DNA of 64,000 nt from an uncultured delta proteobacterium (lineage in GTDB: Bacteria; Desulfobacterota; Desulfobacteria; Desulfobacterales; SG8-13): positions 898,538 to 962,537 of the forward strand of contig CAWKCK010000017.1 in assembly GCA_963848135.1 (NCBI GenBank), in the 5' to 3' direction. The first letter of the stretch is position 1, and each line of letters begins with the position of its first letter. A program made the translations under genes and the position numbers. The notes beneath the pieces were generated by a model, which did not search any database, was not told the DNA's origin, and saw only the letters and a program-made list of their open reading frames with translations. This document shows, in pieces, positions 57,012 to 64,000 of the stretch.

Positions 57012-57602
57012 TCAGATCAGAAATTGTCGGTCGTTGAAACGGTTCATCCCAACCCTGGGCCCTTTGGTCAGAGTGACCACCAGCGCCTTTTGGGCCCTGT
57101 CAAGTAGTCGGCTCAGCACTTCGGCCTCTTCCGTGGTGTGCCGGCTCAGAACATGATCCGTTACGCTGCGCTCATCAAGCGGGCGTCCGATACCGATGCG
57201 CAGACGAACGAAGTCCCCGCCGCCAAATGCGCTCATCAACGATTTCAAACCATTGTGCCCTCCATGCCCTCCTTTCTCTTTTATTTTTAATCTTCCAAAA
57301 GACAGGTCTAGATCATCATGAATAACCAGCATATCCTTGCCGGGTATTTTATAGTAGTCGGCCAAGTTTCTGACCGGCGGCCCGCTGTTGTTCATGTAGG
57401 CCAACGGCTGGACCAATATCGCCTCGACCCCTTCGATTCTGCCGCGGCCGTAACGTGTCTGGAACTTGGTTTTGCCTAGCGGGATCGCGTAATCTGCGGC
57501 TAATTTTTCCAAGATCCTGAATCCCAGATTGTGCCGCGTGTCACGGTAGGTTTCTCCGGGATTTCCCAACCCTGCTATCAGCCAGATGCTTTTACCAGGC
57601 AT
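57012..57602 (-). CDS. pth: Peptidyl-tRNA hydrolase
   Basis: 196 aa with motifs LIAGLGNPG, TRHNLGF and GHNGLKS. Confidence 0.95.
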   Translation of the reverse strand: MPGKSIWLIAGLGNPGETYRDTRHNLGFRILEKLAADYAIPLGKTKFQTRYGRGRIEGVEAILVQPLAYMNNSGPPVRNLADYYKIPGKDMLVIHDDLDLSFGRLKIKEKGGHGGHNGLKSLMSAFGGGDFVRLRIGIGRPLDERSVTDHVLSRHTTEEAEVLSRLLDRAQKALVVTLTKGPRVGMNRFNDRQFLI

Positions 57603-57710
57603 TTCTTCGGTACCGCCCCGCCTTAATCTTCAGCACCCGCTGCCCGCCACATGTGACACCAATCATCGCAATATTTTTATAAGGCGCCGCGCGGGCCATC
57701 TTCACCAGGG

Positions 57711-58364
57711 TTATTCATTTTCCGGTTCCTCGTCTGATTCTTCGCCTTCGGTCTCTTCGCCTTCTTCTTCCTCAGTGGGCTCTTCTTCTTCAACTTCTTC
57801 CGCCATCGGGGTGGTAACGGTAACGACGGTAAAATTTGTCTCGGCCGAAATTTCGACATCGCCCTCTAATGTGATATCCTCCACGTGGATGGCGTCACCG
57901 ATATCCAGGTTGGTAATGTCGAGGGTAACGGTTTCGGGGATTGCACCGGGCAGACAAAGAACTTCGAGTTCACGCCGGACAATCTGCACAATACCACCGC
58001 GCTCTTCTCCTACGGATTTGCCGGTGGTAACTATCGGAACGTTGACCTTTATTTTACGGGTCATGCTGATGACGTAAAAATCGACGTGTAAAGGATCGTA
58101 TGATACCGGATGGGTCTGCAATTCCTTGATCATAACGGATTGATTGAGCGTCTTACCGTTACTGACCACAAGGTCCAGAACCACCTGGGTAATATTGTGC
58201 TCCTTGAGCAACAGTTCGAATTCGTGCGTGTCGACTGACAGCAGTACCGGTTCGGTTTCGGGCCCGTAAAGAACAGCCGGTATTTTGCCTTCGCGACGCA
58301 AAGACCGGGCCGGTCCGTTGCCGGTGGCTTTACGAACGTTTGCTGTTAATTGAATTTTTTCCAA
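57711..58364 (-). CDS. rplY: 50S ribosomal protein L25 (Ctc form) with an acidic C-terminal tail
   Basis: 217 aa with the motif RREGKIPAVLYG. The last 30 or so residues are almost all E, D, T and G. Confidence 0.9.
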   Translation of the reverse strand: MEKIQLTANVRKATGNGPARSLRREGKIPAVLYGPETEPVLLSVDTHEFELLLKEHNITQVVLDLVVSNGKTLNQSVMIKELQTHPVSYDPLHVDFYVISMTRKIKVNVPIVTTGKSVGEERGGIVQIVRRELEVLCLPGAIPETVTLDITNLDIGDAIHVEDITLEGDVEISAETNFTVVTVTTPMAEEVEEEEPTEEEEGEETEGEESDEEPENE

Positions 58365-58418
58365 GTTTATCTGTCCTCCTTCTTGAAGCTTCGATGCAAG
58401 CCTTATATTGTCTGAACA

Positions 58419-59369
58419 CTAAACAAAAAGCGATGTTACCGAGTCTCCGGTGTGGCTCCGGATGATCGCCTCACCAACCAGCTTCGATATGGTTAACAAT
58501 TTTATTTTACTACACTTTTTAGCCTCTTGCCTCAGTGGAATCGTGTCGGTGACTACCAGGCTCTTGAGACATGAGCCTTCAATACGCTCGATAGCCGGTC
58601 CGGACAGCACCGCATGAGCGCAACTGGCGTGCACCTCCTTGGCACCAGCCTTCTTTATCGCAGCAGCAGCAGCAATGAGTGTGCCGGCCGTGTCAACCAT
58701 GTCATCGAGAATGATAGCGACCTTGTCGCGCACGTCTCCCACCACAGCCATCGCTTTGGCCTGGTTAGGAGCAGAGCGACGCTTGTCTATGATGGCCAAA
58801 TCGGCGTTGAAGCGCTTGGCAAACGCCCGTGCCCTTTCGACACCGCCGGCGTCCGGCGAGACGACAACAAGATCGTCATTGAAGTTCGACTGAATATAAT
58901 CGATAAGCACCGGCGCTGCAAAAAGGTTGTCAACCGGTATGCTGAAAAATCCCTGAATTTGCCCGGCATGCAAGTCCATGGTAATGACTCTTTTCGTGCC
59001 GGCCACCGTCAGCATATCAGCAACCAGTTTGGCACTTATGGGCACCCGGGGAGCGACTTTTTTATCCTGCCGGGCGTATCCGAAATACGGTAGTACAGCC
59101 GTAATCCGTTTGGCGGATGAGCGATTGAAGGCGTCAATCATCAATAGCAATTCGACCAGGTTGTCATTGACCGGAGAACAGGTGGACTGGATAATGAAGA
59201 CGTCTTTGAGGCGAACATTTTCATCGATCTCTATCTGAATTTCGCCGTCACTGAACGTTTTCACCTTGGCACCGCCAAGCGGCAGATCGAGATAATCACA
59301 AATCTTTTGTGCCAGCTCAGGATTTGAATTACCCGTGAAGATGACGAGGTCGTTTTCTTTTGTTACCAT
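58419..59369 (-). CDS. prs: Ribose-phosphate pyrophosphokinase
   Basis: 316 aa with motifs [17 protein letters not shown] and DDMVDTAGT. Confidence 0.95.
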   Translation of the reverse strand: MVTKENDLVIFTGNSNPELAQKICDYLDLPLGGAKVKTFSDGEIQIEIDENVRLKDVFIIQSTCSPVNDNLVELLLMIDAFNRSSAKRITAVLPYFGYARQDKKVAPRVPISAKLVADMLTVAGTKRVITMDLHAGQIQGFFSIPVDNLFAAPVLIDYIQSNFNDDLVVVSPDAGGVERARAFAKRFNADLAIIDKRRSAPNQAKAMAVVGDVRDKVAIILDDMVDTAGTLIAAAAAIKKAGAKEVHASCAHAVLSGPAIERIEGSCLKSLVVTDTIPLRQEAKKCSKIKLLTISKLVGEAIIRSHTGDSVTSLFV

Positions 59370-59450
59370 TTATTTAACTTTATCTCCAAACGTAACTGCG
59401 CTTGCCACGCTAATGCGTGTAGGTGCAAATTCTCTCCTTTGACATTTTTA

Positions 59451-59525
59451 TGGCTGGGGCGGGAGGATTCGAACCTCCGAATGCAGGAACCAAAGTCCTG
59501 TGTCTTACCGCTTGACGACGCCCCA
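59451..59525 (-). tRNA. tRNA-Gln (anticodon UUG), CCA encoded
   Basis: The reverse complement folds by hand as a cloverleaf: acceptor TGGGGCG/CGCCCCA, anticodon stem CAGGA/TCCTG with loop CTTTGGT, T arm GGAGG-TTCGAAT-CCTCC, and 3' GCCA. Confidence 0.9.
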
Positions 59526-59583
59526 AAAAATAAAAAATGATGCCGCCGGCTGTGTGCGGTGGAATTCCAGACAGCCCGCGGTA

Positions 59584-60474
59584 TCACTGGAATTGACGGC
59601 TGTCATCAGCGACGACGACTAAATCGGTAAGAAAAACCAACCACTCGGATGCGTTATTTCTTGCAAGCGTGCGCATCGCCCGGTGTGCCGCCGAGGCGTT
59701 TTCGAAAAGCCCGAACACGGTTGAACCGCTGCCTGACATCAAAACACCGCGGGCACCACAACCGCTGACGGCCGTTTTGGCGGCTTTCACCTGCGGATAT
59801 CTATCAAGTGTGACCGTTTCTAGGTCATTACACAGATGAAACGCCACATCAAAGGACCCATCTTTCAAAACGAAGTCTTTAAGTTTTTTTTCGCAGTTTG
59901 TCAATCCCAAATCCAGATTTTTGTATACCTCTGCCGTTGACACACTGATTCCCGGGTAGAGGAGCAATACGGTGTAGGCCGTTAAGTTGCGGCAGGGCAC
60001 AAGGATTTCACCAATACCTGTGGCAATTGCCGGTTGCCCAAAAAGAAAAAAAGGCACATCCGCACCAATTTCCAACCCCATCTCCATGAGTTCCTCACGA
60101 CGAAAGGGATAACCGCACTGTTCGTTCAAACCATACAGGACCGCCGCAGCGTCACTGCTGCCGCCGCCCAACCCTGCGCCAACGGGAATCCTTTTGGTTA
60201 TGTCGATATCGACCCCAAGTGGCAGGACACCGCGACGCCGCGTAACGCGACTGTTAAAAATCCGAGCGGCCTGGTGGGCGACATTGGAGTCATCGGTGGG
60301 AACAGCCGGATCCGTGCATGCAATTCGAATCCCGGACTTTAGCGGTTTGAGCCGCACGATATCGGCCAACCCGATGGGGCACATCAAGGTGAACAGCTCG
60401 TGGTATCCATCAGGCCGTTTGCCGGTAACCTGCAAGAAAAGGTTGATCTTGGCCGGAGCAGATACCTGAATCAT
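59584..60474 (-). CDS. ispE: 4-diphosphocytidyl-2-C-methyl-D-erythritol kinase IspE
   Basis: MIQVSAPAKINLFLQV...GYH and the GHMP motif PVGAGLGGGSSDAAA. The ORF opens at 60519. The ATG at 60474 gives the usual N-terminus. Confidence 0.9.
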   Translation of the reverse strand: MIQVSAPAKINLFLQVTGKRPDGYHELFTLMCPIGLADIVRLKPLKSGIRIACTDPAVPTDDSNVAHQAARIFNSRVTRRRGVLPLGVDIDITKRIPVGAGLGGGSSDAAAVLYGLNEQCGYPFRREELMEMGLEIGADVPFFLFGQPAIATGIGEILVPCRNLTAYTVLLLYPGISVSTAEVYKNLDLGLTNCEKKLKDFVLKDGSFDVAFHLCNDLETVTLDRYPQVKAAKTAVSGCGARGVLMSGSGSTVFGLFENASAAHRAMRTLARNNASEWLVFLTDLVVVADDSRQFQ

Positions 60475-60542
60475 TTGACACCCGCTACTGCCCTGAAGAA
60501 CACCTGGCGCTTCTACCATCGAGAACCCCTGACCGTCCGCTC

Positions 60543-60968
60543 TTATTCCCTTTCTCTGACATAAGCAATTCTCAGATCATAAAGGATATTCTTGAGTATC
60601 TCGGCTTCATCCTTTGTCAGATTTCCGCGGGTTTTCTCCTCGAGCATGCTGAGGATATCGATGGTCTGTTTGGCCATTGGTAAGTTTTTGGCACTCTGCC
60701 CGGTCGCAGGATCCTCGATGATACCCAGGTTAAACAAGGCCGAGGCGTTCAGCGACATGATAAAGGTCGGAAAATTGACTTCCGGCAGCAGGGTTTCTTC
60801 AGCACTGCCGTTATCCCCTTCGGAATCCTGCGAATTATTTGGTGAATCAGCAGGTTCTTCAGGGACCGTGGCCTCTTCCTTATCCGGCTTCTCATCCTCT
60901 TTTTGACTCTCGCCATCGGAAAACATCCGACGGTCTTTGATAACAAAACCCTTTTCTTCGTCGGACAT
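60543..60968 (-). CDS. DUF1844 domain protein
   Basis: MSDEEKGFVIKDRR, an acidic linker, then FPTFIMSLNASALFNLG...LPMAKQTIDILSMLEEKTRGNL, which is typical of the family. The ORF opens at 60998. Confidence 0.7.
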   Translation of the reverse strand: MSDEEKGFVIKDRRMFSDGESQKEDEKPDKEEATVPEEPADSPNNSQDSEGDNGSAEETLLPEVNFPTFIMSLNASALFNLGIIEDPATGQSAKNLPMAKQTIDILSMLEEKTRGNLTKDEAEILKNILYDLRIAYVRERE

Positions 60969-61299
60969 AACTGACCTCCAGTCTCGTGCCCCTTTCACTG
61001 TTTCAGGGGCTGTTTGGTAATAAACGATCCCGAAAACTACGTCGATTGAACTTTATGGACACCCTTACGCTCGCCGCTTTATCTTGCCGGTATCATCGCT
61101 GTGCCTAATAATCAAACCTTAAACCGGATGGTCTATTCGTCTTAAGTCTTTCAGGGCTCAGGCCTCACGGGGAGAAGCTGACGTCCGCCGCCGCTCGTAT
61201 TGGAGAATACCGACCATGGATGCTTCCACCTGTCTCGCGGGATGGAATGTTCGAAAGAAGCGTTGATTGTTTGAGGCCACTTTCGGATCGGCTCACGAA

Positions 61300-62880
61300 C
61301 TACAATTCAAGTGGTGTCACCGTATTGACCATGGGCAAGGCCCGCAGTTCCTTCAGGACATCATCTGGTATGGATGTGTCCGTTCTCAGAAAAATAATGT
61401 TGTTTTCCCCGTCCTGATCCTGGCCGACCTGCATCCGGCTGATATTGATGGCGTGTTTTCCGAGTGTCGTGCCGATACTGCCAATGGCACCCGGCTTGTC
61501 CTGATTGTAAATCAGGGCCAGATGGCCCTCGGGAATGAGTTCGAGCCCAAAATTATTGATCTGTACAATGCGCGGATCTCTCTTGCCGTATATGGTACCG
61601 GCGACACTCGTTGTCATGTCAGTGGTCACGACCCGAACCGAAACCAGATTGATGAAATGGTCGGAATCTGCACTGGTACTTTCGATTACTTTTATCCCCA
61701 TTTCCTTTGCAATCACCAATGAATTAACGAAATTAACGGAATCCTGGACCATTGGTGCAAGTAGGCCCTTTAGGACCGCCGTTGACACCGGTGACAGGTC
61801 GAGCCCGTTGAAATCGCCCTCAAACATAATTTCGACCTTCTTGACCGGTCCCTGGGATAGCTGCGCCTGGAGAGCCCCGATTCCGTCGGCCAGTGAAAGG
61901 TACGGGCCCAATTTGGTTAATAGTTCGCCCGTAATCGAAGGCACATTGACCGCATTGATAATCGTGCCATCCTTTAAATAGGCGATGATCTGCTCGGAAA
62001 TCGCGAGGGCGACATTGGTTTGGGCTTCCAGCGTTGATGCCCCCAGATGAGGTGTACAGATAAGACGGTCATGCCTGAAGAGACCACAGGCGCCCGGGGG
62101 TTCGTTTTCAAAGACATCCAGCGCGGCTCCGGCGATCTTTCCCGAAGTCAAGGCTTCTTCCAGGGCTTCCTCATCGACGATACCCCCACGGGCACAATTG
62201 ACAATCATCACGCCGTCTTTCATCTTTCCGATGGCGTCTCTATTGATGAGTTTATCTGTGCTCTTCATCTTCGGCACGTGCACAGAAATGAAATCGGCAC
62301 TGCTGTAGAGCTCGTCCAGGGTGACGCTCTTGTAACCGGCCTTGACGATCTGCTCGGATGAAACATACGGATCGTGAATCATCACTCGCATTTTAAGACC
62401 CTGGGCACGATCGGCGACGATCGCTCCGATCTTCCCAAAACCGATAATGCCGAGCCATTTATTATAGACTTCCCTCCCCTGGAGGGCCTTTTTTTGCCAT
62501 TGTCCGGCTTTCAGGGTGGCGGTTCCTGTTGGGATGTTGCGGCTGAGGGCCATAATCATGGCAATCGTATGCTCAGCTGTGGTGATAACATTCCCGGTCG
62601 GGGTGTTCATGACGACCACCCCCCTTTTAGTTGCGGCCGGTATGTCGACATTGTCGAGCCCGATTCCGGCGCGACCGACAACTTTAAGGTTTCTGGCCGC
62701 TTCCAGAAGCTCTTCGGTCACCTTGGTGGCACTTCGGATGACCAAGGCGTCGTATTCGCCGATGATGCCGCGCAGTTCCTCAAGCGTAAGGCCTGTTCTT
62801 ACATCTACTGCGATGCCGTCCTCTTCCTGAAACTTTTGAATGCCGATGTCGCCCAGATTGTCACTGACCAAGACCTTCAT
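61300..62880 (-). CDS. serA: D-3-phosphoglycerate dehydrogenase (long form with an ACT domain)
   Basis: 526 aa with motifs GIIGFGKIG and NCARGG.VDE. The C-terminal part contains ASB and ACT regions. Confidence 0.95.
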   Translation of the reverse strand: MKVLVSDNLGDIGIQKFQEEDGIAVDVRTGLTLEELRGIIGEYDALVIRSATKVTEELLEAARNLKVVGRAGIGLDNVDIPAATKRGVVVMNTPTGNVITTAEHTIAMIMALSRNIPTGTATLKAGQWQKKALQGREVYNKWLGIIGFGKIGAIVADRAQGLKMRVMIHDPYVSSEQIVKAGYKSVTLDELYSSADFISVHVPKMKSTDKLINRDAIGKMKDGVMIVNCARGGIVDEEALEEALTSGKIAGAALDVFENEPPGACGLFRHDRLICTPHLGASTLEAQTNVALAISEQIIAYLKDGTIINAVNVPSITGELLTKLGPYLSLADGIGALQAQLSQGPVKKVEIMFEGDFNGLDLSPVSTAVLKGLLAPMVQDSVNFVNSLVIAKEMGIKVIESTSADSDHFINLVSVRVVTTDMTTSVAGTIYGKRDPRIVQINNFGLELIPEGHLALIYNQDKPGAIGSIGTTLGKHAINISRMQVGQDQDGENNIIFLRTDTSIPDDVLKELRALPMVNTVTPLEL

Positions 62881-63214
62881 ACCTACTCCTCTTGAGGTGT
62901 CGTTGCGTTGAGGCTCTCGAATTTAGAGCCATAGCTTATGGAATCCGGCTCTTTTGTCAAGGGGAAAGATCAACGATGCCGACCCGATATTTTCACCAGC
63001 TCTTACCAAAAAGAGAATTGTGCATAACAAGGTACAGCAGCCCCCTGAAGGTCTTGAATTGGGTTCGATTGCGATTGGTAGATGAACGGGCTTATTGAAT
63101 TACGGACGGTTTGCCGGGCAATGGGCGCCTGGAGGTCTCTTGCCGTAAAGAAACGAATTTTTCGGCGCTTCAGGGCGGGAAATTGGTCATCGCGGACGGC
63201 CGGATCCGGCTCGG

Positions 63215-64000
63215 CTACCTATCGACAAGTGCACTTCTGAACTGGATGTACCCGTTCCGGACGGCCGAATACGGTTCGAGGGCCGCTTCTTTGATGGCTT
63301 CGTATTCACCGATGCGAAATGACAGATCGTTGAACCGGCGATAAAAGCCCACACCGTAAACGGCAGTAGCGGACTCCAGGTACGCGATTGGGTTAAGCCA
63401 TAAGTCTCCAGCGAAGCCGACCGATTCCCGCAGAGTAGAGGACCCGACAATCGGCCAGACGATATAGAAACCATTGCCGATGCCCCACACCCCTAATGTC
63501 TGTCCCAGGTCTTCATCACTGATGTCCATGTTGAACATTTGTTTGCCTGGATCCCCTAATCCCAGTATGCCTATCGTGGAATTGACAAAAAATCGGGCGA
63601 CCTCTGTCCCAGCGTTTTTCATTTTGCCCTGCAGGATACAATTGGCCAATCGGACCGGGGTCATAACGTTGCTGAAAAAATTGGCGATAATGAGGCGAAA
63701 ATCTGTCGGAATCACAAAATTGTAACCCTGGGCAGCGGGTTTCAGCAACCAGAAGTACAGCCTGTCGTTGATCTGAAATATAACGCGGTTGAAAGGTTCC
63801 AAAGGGTCGGCGATCTGAACCGGGGAAACGGGCACTTCATTTTCAAGGAAGCCAAACTCGTCCTCGATTTCAGTGTCGTCACCCGGTTTCGACGCCGGGT
63901 CTTCGGATCCACCCGACTCAGTCGGCGTCTGGTCCATTGCCGGGGGGGCTGACGCCTGCGCTTCCTTTGCACCCGGGCTTACCTGCGCCCCGACAGCATC
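63215..64000 (-). CDS. mlaA: MlaA/VacJ-family lipoprotein, 5' end beyond the right edge
   Basis: Family motifs DPLEPFNR..F.IND and NFFSN...P....NCILQG. The reading frame stays open upstream of the Met at 63937 all the way to position 64000, so the signal or lipobox part lies outside the window. Confidence 0.75.
   Translation of the reverse strand, partial: DAVGAQVSPGAKEAQASAPPAMDQTPTESGGSEDPASKPGDDTEIEDEFGFLENEVPVSPVQIADPLEPFNRVIFQINDRLYFWLLKPAAQGYNFVIPTDFRLIIANFFSNVMTPVRLANCILQGKMKNAGTEVARFFVNSTIGILGLGDPGKQMFNMDISDEDLGQTLGVWGIGNGFYIVWPIVGSSTLRESVGFAGDLWLNPIAYLESATAVYGVGFYRRFNDLSFRIGEYEAIKEAALEPYSAVRNGYIQFRSALVDR

Noticed and set aside
1-64000. Scan for mobile elements, CRISPR arrays, prophage, toxin-antitoxin or known defence-system genes
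   Set aside because: I found no transposase, integrase or recombinase-like ORF, no regularly spaced repeat array, and no nuclease/ATPase gene pairs typical of defence islands. The window is core-genome in character apart from the small AT-rich spacers.

Overview
This 64-kb chromosomal window is mostly housekeeping. Gene content suggests an anaerobic Desulfobacterota (deltaproteobacterium-type) genome: Rnf next to a multihaem cytochrome c, a membrane pyrophosphatase and many Fe-S and radical-SAM proteins. That assignment is inference only, because no rRNA is present. Layout: (1) 0-13.4 kb holds an FmdB-like gene start at the left edge, htrA, recD2, a trmO-like gene, acetoacetyl-CoA synthetase, threonine aldolase, an AT-rich spacer with two tiny ORFs, a purH split into two genes, an HD hydrolase and a PNPOx-family protein. 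(2) 13.7-25.8 kb (minus strand) holds a complete seven-gene pelABCDEFG exopolysaccharide operon. (3) 26.2-43.7 kb (plus strand) holds a complete dcw cluster, mraZ-rsmH-ftsL-ftsI-murE-murF-mraY-murD-ftsW-murG-murC-murB-ftsQ-ftsA-ftsZ. As given, murE and murF each carry a single-base frameshift, and FtsZ has a duplicated C-terminal peptide. (4) 44-53 kb holds a radical-SAM gene, a membrane-anchored five-haem cytochrome c, rnfCDGEA, a 397-nt spacer, and an rnfB fused to a GltD-type NAD(P)H flavoenzyme. (5) 53-64 kb (minus strand) holds rluD, carD, hppA, pth, rplY, prs, tRNA-Gln, ispE, DUF1844, serA and a partial mlaA. I saw no transposases, integrases, CRISPR arrays, prophage genes or recognisable defence genes. 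The most unusual content is the Rnf locus. Its RnfC has lost the NuoF-type FMN/NADH motifs, its RnfB has gained a complete NAD(P)H-binding flavoenzyme module, and a cytochrome c gene leads the cluster. All calls rest on reading the translated ORFs and the raw sequence; no database search was possible.
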